Source: Minisyncoccota bacterium
Lineage (GTDB): Bacteria; Patescibacteriota; Minisyncoccia; Minisyncoccales; JAQTVQ01
DNA length: 64,000 nt
Direction: 5' to 3'
Assembly: GCA_041657385.1 (NCBI GenBank)
Contig: JBBABZ010000001.1
Coordinates: forward strand, 29,821 to 93,820
The position numbers and the translations under genes are program-made. This document shows, in pieces, positions 36,749-46,709 of the stretch; position 1 is the stretch's first letter, and each line of letters opens with the position of its first letter. Under the pieces are notes generated by a model. The model ran no database searches and was not told where the DNA came from. It worked only from the letters and a program-made list of their open reading frames with translations.

Positions 36749-37474
36749 TTATTGAACTGTTTTTTTATTAAAAACCAAATAATTTTGGCCGATGGAAAGA
36801 ACCGTGTTCACCAGCCAATAAAGCCCTAAGCCGGATGGAAGGGAGGCTAATATCATTATAGTCATAATGGGGAAGAAATAAAGGATATATTTTTGCATCA
36901 TAGAAGAGAACTGGCCCATTTGGTCGCCGCTAACCGGTTTTGGAGGATTGGCTGGCAGGCTGGTTTTAGTTTGAAAGTATTGCGCAATGCCGACTACAAC
37001 CGCAAGAAAAATATTAGCCTTGGAAAGATCCATGCCTAAGAACATCTGGTTTATCTCTTGAGGCCTCGGCACGAAAGAGTACAAAAGATCTAAATGGCTT
37101 TGGCCTATTCCAGTTTGGAATATTTGATAGAGCGCTATAAAAATCGGCAGTTGGATCAAAAGGGGTAAAAATCCGGCAAAGGGATTGAACTTTTTTTCTT
37201 TGTAAAGCTTCATCATCTCCTCTGCCTGTTTTTGCTTGTCATCCTTGTATTTTTTTTGGAGATCGTTTATCTTCGGCTGCAACTCATTCATTGTTTTCTG
37301 GGACTTTAAAGATTGCTGGGTGGAAGGGAAAAGGACTATTTTAAGCAATAAAGTGATCAAAATGATCGCGATTCCTAAATTTTGGCCGGGGATAAAAACA
37401 TAAAGAGCTATTAAAAGATTGACCAGCGGCTGATAGAAAAAAAGATGAAAAAAATTGCCGATAAACTGAAACAT
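36749..37474 (-). CDS. yidC: Membrane protein insertase YidC (short form)
   Basis: LLKIVLFPST, QPKINDLQKKYKDDKQK and NPFAGFLPLLIQLPIFIALY blocks. Lies in the rnpA-yidC-jag arrangement. Confidence 0.85.
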   Translation of the reverse strand: MFQFIGNFFHLFFYQPLVNLLIALYVFIPGQNLGIAIILITLLLKIVLFPSTQQSLKSQKTMNELQPKINDLQKKYKDDKQKQAEEMMKLYKEKKFNPFAGFLPLLIQLPIFIALYQIFQTGIGQSHLDLLYSFVPRPQEINQMFLGMDLSKANIFLAVVVGIAQYFQTKTSLPANPPKPVSGDQMGQFSSMMQKYILYFFPIMTIMILASLPSGLGLYWLVNTVLSIGQNYLVFNKKTVQ

Positions 37475-37477
37475 AGG

Positions 37478-37822
37478 TTATTTTTTTAAAAAACTGATTT
37501 TTTGAAGGCTGCTTTCTATGATAGAAAGCTTTTCTTGATACCCTTCGTTTTTTATAAGGGGCCAGGCTATAAAAACCAGATCATATCCCTTCTTTATTTT
37601 ATTAATGTTTTTCCAAATAATTTCTCTTATTTGGCGCTTGATCTTGTTGCGGTCAACCGCTTTTTTCGCCGTCTTCTTACTGACGATTATCCCAAAACGG
37701 CTCTGGGGAAGATTATTTTCAACGGTTTTTAAAAAAAGGGTTTTTTGTTTAAACCCTTTTCCTTGTTTCAAAACTTTTTCAAAGTCCCTCTTTTTTACTA
37801 GCCTGTTCTCTTTCGGCAGCAT
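37478..37822 (-). CDS. rnpA: Ribonuclease P protein component
   Basis: 114 aa, basic. FGIIVSKKTAKKAVDRNKIKRQIRE block. Position between rpmH and yidC. Confidence 0.8.
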   Translation of the reverse strand: MLPKENRLVKKRDFEKVLKQGKGFKQKTLFLKTVENNLPQSRFGIIVSKKTAKKAVDRNKIKRQIREIIWKNINKIKKGYDLVFIAWPLIKNEGYQEKLSIIESSLQKISFLKK

Positions 37823-37875
37823 ATTGAGTCTTTTTGGCTTTGACTAAAATTAAAACCGCCTTGATAAAAAAGATC

Positions 37876-38010
37876 CTAGACGGTTAATTGCCAGCGGCCC
37901 TTTTGTCTTCTTCTTGCTAAAGTCCTTTGGCCTCCTTTGGTGTTTTTTCTAGCCAAAAATCCATGGGTCCTTGCTCTTTTTTTCTTTTTGGGATTATAGG
38001 TTACGCTCAT
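37876..38010 (-). CDS. rpmH: 50S ribosomal protein L34
   Basis: Translated by hand from the minus strand as [44 protein letters not shown]. Not in the ORF track (44 aa). Confidence 0.8.
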   Translation of the reverse strand: MSVTYNPKKKKRARTHGFLARKNTKGGQRTLARRRQKGRWQLTV

Positions 38011-38274
38011 GCACCTAAATATAGCAAAAATTGGGTTTTTGTCAATTTGTTTTTACCAGAGAAAAGATAATAACAGTTTTTCCACAGCTCTTGCACAGAA
38101 ATTTAAAAAACATAAAGAATGCCTCATTCTTTACTTATCCACAGCTTATGCTCTATAATAATTTCACCCGCTAAAAGTTTCATTTTTTGCTGAAATATCT
38201 TCTAAAAATCATCCCAGCGATTAGCCGATCCTAAAAATTAACAGGTAACTTCATTTAAGATTTAAGGCAAATCT
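38011..38274. promoter_or_regulatory. dnaA upstream region with DnaA boxes (ori-associated)
   Basis: TTATCCACA in cttacttatccacagctt (about 38137) and the near-box TTTTCCACA (about 38085). AT-rich context. Confidence 0.5.
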
Positions 38275-39639
38275 ATGACATACCAAGAACTCTGGCAAAC
38301 CGTATTGGCGCAAATCCAGCTTAATATTTCTCCTGCTAATTTCGCGACGTGGTTCGCAAGCACCAAGATCGCTTCCCAGGAAGAGGGGATGATAATCGTT
38401 TCTGTGCCAAACTCCTTTGCCAAAGAATGGCTGGAGCAAAAATACAACAAAGAGATCTTAAAAATATTAAGGGCCTTAGATTCAAGCATTAAAGAAATAA
38501 GCTATCAAATAGATTTTCCGGCGGTAAAAATAAAGGAGCTAGTAAAGCAGCCCGAGCCCCAAGAACTTCCAATGGAGCAGCTCGGGTTTGCCGAGCTGGA
38601 AACAGATAAAGAAACAAACCTTAATCCAAAATATAATTTTCAAAATTTTATAGTCGGACCCTTTAATGAATTGGCATATGCCGCAGCCAAAGCTATTGTT
38701 AAGGAGCCTGGAAAGGTTTATAACCCGCTGTTTATTTACGGCGGGGTAGGATTGGGAAAAACCCATTTATTACAAGCTGTCGGGAACGAGCTGTCTAAAA
38801 AAAATCCGCCGTGCAAGGTTAAATACGTCCCGTCCGACAAATTGATCTCCGCTATCGTTAGTTCTATCCGAAACAATAGCATTGAAGATTTAAAAGCCAG
38901 CTTAAGAAAGGTTGATGTTTTAATAGTAGATGATGTCCAATTTTTTGCCGGAAAAGAAAAAACCCAAGAAGAATTTTTCCACACGTTTAACGATCTCTAC
39001 CAAAGAGGAAAACAAATAATCCTTTCTTCCGACCGCCCTCCTAAAGCCATCCCGGCGATCACGGAAAGATTAAAATCAAGATTTGAGGGGGGGATGGTGG
39101 CCGATGTCAGCCTGCCGGATTACGAAACAAGGCTGGCTATTTTAAAGCAAAAAACAGTGGAAAAAAACGCTGAAGTCCCGGAAAAGGCCTTGGAATATAT
39201 CGCGGCTAATATCCAAAAAAACGTCAGAGAGATTGAAAGCGCTTTGAATAGGCTTTTGATTTTTCAAAAGATAAACAATAAGGTTCCCAGTTTTGAAGAA
39301 GCAAAAAAACTTTTAAGGAATATTATTGTTTCTCCGTCTAAATTCACCAATCCAACCCATATACTCCAAACCATAAGCGAATTTTACGACCTTGACGACA
39401 AAAATTTATTTTATTCTTCCCGCAAAAAAGAGTTTGTTAAACCTCGCCAACTGGCTATGTATTTATTGAGAAAAGAATTAAGCTTCTCTTTTCCGGCTAT
39501 CGGCCGAAAATTCGGAGGAAAAGACCACACAACTGTAATGCATGCCTGCCAATTAATAGACCGCGAAATACAAGAAAGTGAAAAATTTTCCCAGGAAGTT
39601 GATTTGATCCTGCAAAAAATTTACACGCTGGACGCATAG
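38275..39639 (+). CDS. dnaA: Chromosomal replication initiator protein DnaA
   Basis: Walker A GGVGLGKTHL, VLIVDDVQF, and a C-terminal DNA-binding domain (KDHTTVMHA). Confidence 0.95.
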   Translation: MTYQELWQTVLAQIQLNISPANFATWFASTKIASQEEGMIIVSVPNSFAKEWLEQKYNKEILKILRALDSSIKEISYQIDFPAVKIKELVKQPEPQELPMEQLGFAELETDKETNLNPKYNFQNFIVGPFNELAYAAAKAIVKEPGKVYNPLFIYGGVGLGKTHLLQAVGNELSKKNPPCKVKYVPSDKLISAIVSSIRNNSIEDLKASLRKVDVLIVDDVQFFAGKEKTQEEFFHTFNDLYQRGKQIILSSDRPPKAIPAITERLKSRFEGGMVADVSLPDYETRLAILKQKTVEKNAEVPEKALEYIAANIQKNVREIESALNRLLIFQKINNKVPSFEEAKKLLRNIIVSPSKFTNPTHILQTISEFYDLDDKNLFYSSRKKEFVKPRQLAMYLLRKELSFSFPAIGRKFGGKDHTTVMHACQLIDREIQESEKFSQEVDLILQKIYTLDA

Positions 39640-39912
39640 TTATTTTTAAAAAACTGTGGATTATTTGTTAAGAAAACATTCATAACTCATTGTGAGAAAT
39701 AGGGGATAAAAAGGGCTTATTTTTTTTCTAAATTATCACCTCGATTTCTATCCATTAATTCAACACGGCTTCCCACTTATTTTTCCACCATCTATCCATA
39801 AATATTTTTTACCATAAGGCTTTCAAAGATTGGATTTCCAGATATTATCCACAGAAAAAAAGCTCAATATAATAACAATAAATAAAATAAATTTTTAATA
39901 AATTATTATATT
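39640..39912. promoter_or_regulatory. Probable oriC: DnaA-box cluster plus an AT-rich unwinding element between dnaA and dnaN
   Basis: Boxes tgtggatta (reverse orientation), ttatccaca at about 39845, and near-boxes ctatccat/tttccacc/ctatccata. These are followed by aataaataaaataaatttttaataaattattatatt. Confidence 0.6.
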
Positions 39913-41058
39913 ATGAAAATTACTTTATTAACCAAGACTCTGAAAAAAGGGCTGGCCGTGGTCGAAAAAATTGCCGGCAGGGTTTCGACCTTGCCCATCT
40001 TAAATAACGTTTTAATTGAGGTGTCTCCGAATTTTATAAAATTATCCACAACTGATTTGGAGTTGGGAGCTCAATGGTGGGGTCTTTGCAAGACCGAAAA
40101 AGACGGAAAAATAACCATTCCGGCCAAGTTTTTTTCACAACTGGTAAACTCCTTAAGCGATGAGAAAATAGAGATTGAAGAGAAAAATAAAACAATTTTT
40201 ATTGAAAGCAAAAATTATAAAACCCAAATTAAGGGTTTTTCCGCCGACGACTTTCCAATTATCCCCTCTTTTTCCAAAGATACCTTTATTGAAATAAATA
40301 GTAAAAAACTAAAAGACGGATTATCTGAAGTTATTGATTTTACCAGCCTGTCCCAAGTTAGGCCGGAAATTTCCGGAGTCTATTTTTTATTCAACAATGA
40401 TGGATTAAAACTAGTGACTACCGACAGTTTTCGTTTAGCTGAAAAAACAATAACCTTTTCGGAAAAAAAAGAAGAATATAAAAATCTTTTTGAGAAAGAA
40501 ATAAACTTTATACTTCCGCAAAAAACAGCAAAAGAATTAATTGCTATTCTGGGCGATACCGTAAAAAACACTAGAATTTATTTATCCGAATCGCAGGTTA
40601 TGTTTGAAACGTTATTGCAAGAAACAGACCACCCGGAAGTTAATCTGGTTTCCCGCCTAATAGAAGGGGAATACCCGACCTATCAAGAGATCATCCCAAA
40701 AGAAAGCCAGACAAAAATAACGATCAATAAAGATGAATTTATCAAACAGTTGAAAATAGCCAGCTTATTTGGAGGGAAAATAAATGAAATAAAAATAAAA
40801 GCCGATGCCGAAACGAAAGAATTTGAAATTTTAAGCCAAGACCCCGACCTGGGAGAAAGCAAGTCTAATATTGCCGCCAAAATAGAAGGGGAAAAAGCGG
40901 ATATTTCTTTTAATTGGAGATTTGTTTTAGACGGTCTGGCCCATATTAAAAGCTCGGAAGTATTTTTCGGCCTGCATGATAATAAGGGCCCGGCGATATT
41001 AAAGCCGATCGGCGACGCAAGCTATCTTTACGTGGTAATGCCGATCAATCCTGACTAA
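39913..41058 (+). CDS. dnaN: DNA polymerase III beta sliding clamp
   Basis: 381 aa with three-domain organisation. Conserved position after dnaA. Confidence 0.9.
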   Translation: MKITLLTKTLKKGLAVVEKIAGRVSTLPILNNVLIEVSPNFIKLSTTDLELGAQWWGLCKTEKDGKITIPAKFFSQLVNSLSDEKIEIEEKNKTIFIESKNYKTQIKGFSADDFPIIPSFSKDTFIEINSKKLKDGLSEVIDFTSLSQVRPEISGVYFLFNNDGLKLVTTDSFRLAEKTITFSEKKEEYKNLFEKEINFILPQKTAKELIAILGDTVKNTRIYLSESQVMFETLLQETDHPEVNLVSRLIEGEYPTYQEIIPKESQTKITINKDEFIKQLKIASLFGGKINEIKIKADAETKEFEILSQDPDLGESKSNIAAKIEGEKADISFNWRFVLDGLAHIKSSEVFFGLHDNKGPAILKPIGDASYLYVVMPINPD

Positions 41059-41107
41059 TCGCGATTAGAATTTTTAATTCCGCCGAATGGCGGATCAATT
41101 TTCAAAC

Positions 41108-41135
41108 AAAAAAATCCGCTATAGCGGATTTTTTT
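41108..41135. terminator. Bidirectional intrinsic terminator hairpin
   Basis: aaaaaaatccgctatagcggattttttt lies between convergent dnaN and PBP genes. Confidence 0.65.
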
Positions 41136-41141
41136 ACTTTT

Positions 41142-43175
41142 TTAGAGTTTTTCTCCAGTTGTAGTATTGTAAAGGGCTTTGACCGGGGCGGTTATGGGCG
41201 TTCCGGTTGTTGTTGTGGCTGTTGTAGAGGAGTTATTCTCTATTGGCAGGTTTATCATCGGCTCTCCTAGCTTAGGCAGCGCCTGGAGCATAAATGCTCG
41301 CCAGATCGGGCCGGCCATGGCCTCGCTGATCTTTTGCATTGGGGCGCGGTTATTGTTCCCAGTCCAAACTCCGACAGCTAAACGGGGGGTGAATCCGATG
41401 GTCCAGCCGTCTTTATTCTCTTGGGTGGTTCCGGTCTTAACTGAAACCTTATAGTTTTCAAAATAAAGATTTGAATGGTACCCGAATATCGGAGCCCGGG
41501 CATTATTATCCGACAAAATATCGGTCATAAGGTCGCAGACATTTTTTTCCAAAACTTTTTTTGGAGTGGGATTGTTCTCGTAAAGAACATTTTTGTCGGC
41601 GTCTTCTATTTTTAATATGGCCGAGGCGGGAATGCGGTATCCGCCATTGGCAAAAACACTGTAGCCGGAAACCATATCGATCAATTTAACGTCTCCTGCG
41701 CCGAGCACTAATGGCAAGCCATAAAAAGAAGACGGCTCATTGAGGGTCGAAATACCCATTGATTTTGCCAGGGCGATGCTATCATCTAGTCCAGCCATAT
41801 CCCGTAAGACCTTTAAGGCTGGAATATTTAATGATTGGGCTAGCGCGTTTCTTAAAGTGATGGGGCCGCGAAACCTGCCATCGTAATTTGAAGGGATATA
41901 ATGTTTGCCTCCGAAAACTCCAAAATCTGTCTGCTCGTCAACAACAATACTGTTGCCGGTGAAGCCTTTGCGAAAAGCTTCAGCGTAAACAAAAGGTTTA
42001 AAAGATGAACCAGGCTGGCGGTTTCCTTGGGTGGCAACATTAAAGTCGGGGACGAATTTACAGGTGGTTGCCGGATCGCATCCTTCAGGGTAAGGACTTC
42101 CTTCTGGATCGGCCGAGCCAACCATGGCGAGCACTTCTCCGGTTTTTGGATCAATTGCAACTAGGGCGCCGTTATATGCGCCATAAGCTTTGTTCTTTTC
42201 TGTTCCTTCTTTAACTTCTTTTTCCGCGGCGCGCTGCAGATCCCAATCAAGGGTGGTATAGATCTTTAATCCTTTGGTTTCTAAAAAGGATTGGCCGTAT
42301 TTATTTTCCAGCTGCTGTTTAACGTAATTAACAAAATGAGGGGAAAGGGTTTTGGGAAGTTTGTCAAAAGTTAAAACTTCTTTTTTAGCCGTTTCAGCTT
42401 CATCTTTTGTTATATAGTTTTCTTGGGCCATTCTGTCTAAAACATAATCTTTCCTTATTAAAAGACCGTCCAAGTGGCTGCCATAAGGATTGTAATAGCT
42501 AGGGATTTGAATAACCGCAGCTAAAAGGGCGGCTTGGGCCAGGCTTATTTCAGAAACAGGCTTATTAAAATAAGATAAAGAAGCTTCTTGAGCGCCGTAA
42601 ATATTTACGCCAAACGGCACTTGGTTTAAATACCATTCTAATATTTGCGTTTTGGAATATTTACTGTCCAGCTCAATCGACAAGACAGCCTCTTTAATTT
42701 TTCTGTCGATACTTTTTGTATTAGTTAATAGAGAAGACCTGATCAGCTGTTGGGTAATAGTGGAAGCTCCTTGCTTAGCTTCTTTGGTCTCGATGTCTAC
42801 TTTTATCGCCCTGGCTAATCCTTGAAAATCAATGCCGTGATGCTGGTAAAATCTGGCATCTTCAACAGCCACTACCGCTTCTTGTAAATTTTTAGGAAGT
42901 TTATCAATGGTCAAATATGTCCTTTTCTCTTCTCCGTAAATGCTGGATAAAACAATTGCTCCAGTCCGGTCGTAAATTTTTGTCGCTTGATTGATTATGT
43001 TTTCGTTGAAATTTTCAGGCCTAGGCAAGTCTTTTGTGTAAATAAAAAATAAAGTTGCGGTCAAGAGGCCCCCAAGCACGATCGCGCCAAGGGTGATCTT
43101 TAAAATAAAAAACAGGCCTTTTCCGAGACCGTTTATCGTTTTATAAACTATTAAAGATCTTTTTCTCTGAACCAT
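41142..43175 (-). CDS. Class A penicillin-binding protein (glycosyltransferase plus transpeptidase), PBP1A-like
   Basis: GT51 motifs EDARFYQHHGID and TITQQL, transpeptidase STFK-equivalent SSFKP, and KTGTT. Confidence 0.85.
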   Translation of the reverse strand: MVQRKRSLIVYKTINGLGKGLFFILKITLGAIVLGGLLTATLFFIYTKDLPRPENFNENIINQATKIYDRTGAIVLSSIYGEEKRTYLTIDKLPKNLQEAVVAVEDARFYQHHGIDFQGLARAIKVDIETKEAKQGASTITQQLIRSSLLTNTKSIDRKIKEAVLSIELDSKYSKTQILEWYLNQVPFGVNIYGAQEASLSYFNKPVSEISLAQAALLAAVIQIPSYYNPYGSHLDGLLIRKDYVLDRMAQENYITKDEAETAKKEVLTFDKLPKTLSPHFVNYVKQQLENKYGQSFLETKGLKIYTTLDWDLQRAAEKEVKEGTEKNKAYGAYNGALVAIDPKTGEVLAMVGSADPEGSPYPEGCDPATTCKFVPDFNVATQGNRQPGSSFKPFVYAEAFRKGFTGNSIVVDEQTDFGVFGGKHYIPSNYDGRFRGPITLRNALAQSLNIPALKVLRDMAGLDDSIALAKSMGISTLNEPSSFYGLPLVLGAGDVKLIDMVSGYSVFANGGYRIPASAILKIEDADKNVLYENNPTPKKVLEKNVCDLMTDILSDNNARAPIFGYHSNLYFENYKVSVKTGTTQENKDGWTIGFTPRLAVGVWTGNNNRAPMQKISEAMAGPIWRAFMLQALPKLGEPMINLPIENNSSTTATTTTGTPITAPVKALYNTTTGEKL

Positions 43176-43396
43176 ATTTTAGGCCTTTTAACTTTGTTTG
43201 TTGGGGCAAGCATTCGAGGCTTGCACCAAGAGGATTCCAAAGGGGCGGTTTCCTTTGGCCGCAAGATCGGGGCTAAGACCCCGATCGAGGAATCCGTGGA
43301 AATTATAAGATTTATTTTATCACTATAAGCCAAAACATCAACCGGAAAATTTTTACAAAAACTATTTTTTAAGATAAGCTGGAAAAGTAAAATTAT

Positions 43397-44614
43397 ATGA
43401 AAAACAACATTTCTAAACAAGAAAAAATAGAAGAGATATTAACCAGGGGAGTAGAGCAGGTTTTTGATCTTGAGCATTTGAAAAAAGCGCTGGCTGGCGA
43501 AAAATTGAATATTAAGCATGGCGTGGACCCGACCGGGCCGAAGATCCATCTAGGCAGAGCTTCTGCTCTTTTGAAATTAAAGGATCTGCAAGACCTCGGA
43601 CATCAGATCATTTTGATCATCGGCGACTTTACCGCCCAGATTGGCGATGCTTCCGATAAAACAGCTATGCGGAAAGATCTTTCAGAAGAAGAAATAAAGA
43701 AAAATATGGCCGATTATTTGCCTCAAATCGGAAGAGTTTTGGACATGGAAAAGACGAAGGTCTATTATAATGGAGAATGGTTAAGCCGTCTTGCCATCAA
43801 AAACCTATTTTTGATCGCGCAGAATTTTACCGCCCAGCAAATGATCCAGCGCAGGAATTTTAAAGAGCGTTGGGACCAAGATAAGCCGATCGGGCTGCAC
43901 GAACTCTTATATCCTCTTTTCCAAGGGTATGATTCAGTGGCGATCAGGGCTGACTTGGAAGTGGGCGGGTATGACCAGCTATTTAATATTCAAACGGGCC
44001 GCGAGGTTCAAAAGTTTTTCGGCCAAAAACAGCAAGATATAATGTCTTTAAAAATGCTTATCGGGCCGGATGGGCGCAAAATGTCAACGAGTTGGGGGAA
44101 TGTTATTAATATTATTGATGCTCCCCAGCAAATATACGGGATGATCATGTCTATGAGAGACGAGCTGATGTTTGATTATTTTGAGATATGCACCCGCGTC
44201 CCAATGTCCAGAGTCGCTGAATTAAAAAAGGAAATGAAAGAAGAAAAGATCAACCCTCGCGACATTAAAAAAGAGCTGGCCAGGGAGATCGTAAATATCT
44301 TCCACGGGCCAGAGGCAGCGGCTTTAGCCGAGCAGGAATTTGAGAATGTTTTTAAAGACAAAAAGCTCCCTTCGGAAATTACTCAAATAGGAATAAGCGG
44401 TAAAGAAGATATTGGCATTTCAGATTTGCTTGTGGCTTTAGGTTTGGCGCCGTCAAAAGCCGAAGCCAAGCGCTTAATAGGGCAAAAAGGAGTAAAAATG
44501 GGAGAAGGAGAAAACCTTATAGTTAAAGAAGATTGGCAGGAGAAAATAAAGATCGAGGATGGGATGATCATCCAGGTGGGAAAAAGGAAATTTGCTAAAA
44601 TTAAAAAAGTTTAG
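43397..44614 (+). CDS. tyrS: Tyrosyl-tRNA synthetase
   Basis: GVDPTGPKIHLG (HIGH region), KMSTS (KMSKS) and a C-terminal S4 domain. Confidence 0.9.
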   Translation: MKNNISKQEKIEEILTRGVEQVFDLEHLKKALAGEKLNIKHGVDPTGPKIHLGRASALLKLKDLQDLGHQIILIIGDFTAQIGDASDKTAMRKDLSEEEIKKNMADYLPQIGRVLDMEKTKVYYNGEWLSRLAIKNLFLIAQNFTAQQMIQRRNFKERWDQDKPIGLHELLYPLFQGYDSVAIRADLEVGGYDQLFNIQTGREVQKFFGQKQQDIMSLKMLIGPDGRKMSTSWGNVINIIDAPQQIYGMIMSMRDELMFDYFEICTRVPMSRVAELKKEMKEEKINPRDIKKELAREIVNIFHGPEAAALAEQEFENVFKDKKLPSEITQIGISGKEDIGISDLLVALGLAPSKAEAKRLIGQKGVKMGEGENLIVKEDWQEKIKIEDGMIIQVGKRKFAKIKKV

Positions 44615-45111
44615 CGTTTTATAATTTTCAAGGCATCAGATCCGCAAATCGCAGCTGCTAGAGCGTCCGCCGCATCGTCGGGCTTTGGCAGCTCTTTTAA
44701 ATTTAAAAGAAGCTGGACCATTTTTTGGACTTGCATTTTTTCCGCCCGTCCGTATCCGCAAACACTGCTTTTTATTTGCAAAGGAGTGAACTCGTAGATA
44801 TCAACTCCTTTTTTAGCTATTTCCAATAAAATAACCCCGCGCGCTTGGCTGACGGGCAGAGCTGTTTTTAAGTTTTTGAAAAAAAAGAGGCTTTCAACAA
44901 CTACGGCTTGCGGCTTGTATCTTTCCAGCAGTTTTATCAGATCAGAGCTGATCTGCATCAGTCTTTTTGCCGTTTCTATCTTCGGACTGGTTTTAATGAC
45001 GCCATAGCCGATACAGGCCAAAGTTTTTTCTTTTTTATTTTTTGGGATCTTGCTTTCAATGATCCCATAGCCGGTAGTGGCTGTGCCCGGATCGATTCCC
45101 AGAATGATCAT
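44611..45111 (-). CDS. ruvC: Holliday junction resolvase RuvC
   Basis: MIILGIDPGTATTGYGIIE N-terminus. The internal ATG at 45111 is preferred over the upstream ATG at 45141. Confidence 0.85.
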   Translation of the reverse strand: MIILGIDPGTATTGYGIIESKIPKNKKEKTLACIGYGVIKTSPKIETAKRLMQISSDLIKLLERYKPQAVVVESLFFFKNLKTALPVSQARGVILLEIAKKGVDIYEFTPLQIKSSVCGYGRAEKMQVQKMVQLLLNLKELPKPDDAADALAAAICGSDALKIIKR

Positions 45112-45160
45112 TTTTGGGCCAATTAGCAATTTGTCCCGCATAGCGGGACAAACAATTTAT

Positions 45161-45892
45161 TTAGAATTTTAAATTTGAGAAAGCCCTTGAGATATCATCT
45201 CCGCCCTCTAGCTCCTCCAGAAGTTTTTGATTGGCAGCCATAATTTTTTCATCAGCGGCAACTTCTTCTTTTGGAAACCAGCCAAGAGAAACTTCTTCGG
45301 TCTTTATTCCTTTTGCTTCAATAGTTTTTTTAATCTGTCCCAGTTCTTCTGATTTTGTGTAAATTTCCAAGATGTCTTCATCCCAGCTGGTATTTTCCGC
45401 TCCAGCCTCAATAGCCACCATTTCAAGATCTTCTTTCGATTGGTTCTCGGGGGATTGATTTTTAGCATCGATAACTATATATCCTTTGTTGTCAAACATC
45501 CAGCGGATAGCTCCTTCATTTACAATCTTGCCATTATTTTTATTAAGAACCATCCTTGCTTCGCCCAAGGATCTGTTTTTGTTGTCGGTGATGCCTTCTG
45601 CTATTATCGCTATCCCTCCGGGGCCATAGGCTTCCACGGAAAATTCTTCAAGGGCCGCTCCCGGCAGTTTGCCGGCTCCTCTTAAAATTGCGCGTTCAAT
45701 ATTTTCGCGAGGCATATTAAAGCCATGAGCTTTATCAATGACCGCTTTTAGCTTGTAGTTAGTCTCCGGGTTTTCGCCGGATTTAGCTTCAACTGAAATT
45801 TCCCTAGCTAATTTGGAAAAAACAGAACTGCGCTGCGCATCGGCTAACCCTTTTTTATGTTTTATTCCTGCCCAATGAGAATGACCGCTCAT
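45161..45892 (-). CDS. YebC/PmpR family DNA-binding regulator
   Basis: MSGHSHWAGIKHKKG N-terminus and the family-typical three-domain length (243 aa). Confidence 0.85.
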   Translation of the reverse strand: MSGHSHWAGIKHKKGLADAQRSSVFSKLAREISVEAKSGENPETNYKLKAVIDKAHGFNMPRENIERAILRGAGKLPGAALEEFSVEAYGPGGIAIIAEGITDNKNRSLGEARMVLNKNNGKIVNEGAIRWMFDNKGYIVIDAKNQSPENQSKEDLEMVAIEAGAENTSWDEDILEIYTKSEELGQIKKTIEAKGIKTEEVSLGWFPKEEVAADEKIMAANQKLLEELEGGDDISRAFSNLKF

Positions 45893-45953
45893 AAGTTCTT
45901 CGCCTCGCCGTAGTCCTGAGTTTATCGAAGGACGAAGGCGGGTTTTTAATTAT

Positions 45954-46709
45954 TTAATTAATTTTTTGTTTTAAACTCCTTTTTAAAACTATAATAATTA
46001 TTCCGTTGAAAATTGCAAGGATAAACGCCCAAACTTTTGTTTTCAAACTGATCATTTGGAAATTCTTGGCACTATTATCCATACTGGCATTAAGATCGGC
46101 AGAGTTAATCGTTTCGATTTTTTCCAGTTTTGCTGATCCAAGCTTAGCTTTTTGGACAACCAAGCTGTTTTGAAATTTAGGCGTGCCCCCGAGGGGAATG
46201 CTCGTTTGCCAGTTGCTGGCGGAGGATCCATCTTTTTCAGGGCTGATCCTTTCCATGGTTTGTTTGGAGACATTGTCGCCGCCAAACCAACCTTGGGAGC
46301 AATCGATTTCGTCAACAAGAATTCCTGCCTTATTATAGAGACCGATTTTTTGCCCCTTATTAACTAAAGAGCCCTTAAAGATCATATCAGCTGGGATATT
46401 TGGTAAAGTTTGGTCGTCAGATCTTTCTAAAAGGTAAAAACCCTTAGCGGGAATCATCCCTTTTAAATTAACCTGAAAAGAGTCTTGGACCATTAAGCTC
46501 CAGCCGTTTAAGTTTATACCATAATTAGCGTTATTGTAAAGCTCCAGCCACTCGTCGCTGGCTGTTTTTTCGGTTCCCATCCAGGACACTTCATTAATTG
46601 CGATTTCTTTATTTTCCGCGGCAGAACATTGAGAAGCCAGGGAAAAAACCCAAGAAGAGAAAACAAAAACCAAGATTAGATCAAGTAAAACTGTTGGTCT
46701 TGCTGCCAT
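45954..46709 (-). CDS. Secreted lamin-tail-domain (LTD) protein
   Basis: Signal peptide, then AINEVSWMGTEKTASDEWLELYN...GWSL...LYNKAGILVDE, characteristic of LTD. Confidence 0.55.
   Translation of the reverse strand: MAARPTVLLDLILVFVFSSWVFSLASQCSAAENKEIAINEVSWMGTEKTASDEWLELYNNANYGINLNGWSLMVQDSFQVNLKGMIPAKGFYLLERSDDQTLPNIPADMIFKGSLVNKGQKIGLYNKAGILVDEIDCSQGWFGGDNVSKQTMERISPEKDGSSASNWQTSIPLGGTPKFQNSLVVQKAKLGSAKLEKIETINSADLNASMDNSAKNFQMISLKTKVWAFILAIFNGIIIIVLKRSLKQKIN

Noticed and set aside
43190-43396. T-box riboswitch upstream of tyrS
   Set aside because: No T-box consensus (AATTAGGGTGGNACCGCG-like), no obvious specifier-loop/antiterminator arrangement. Kept only as a generic structured-leader candidate.
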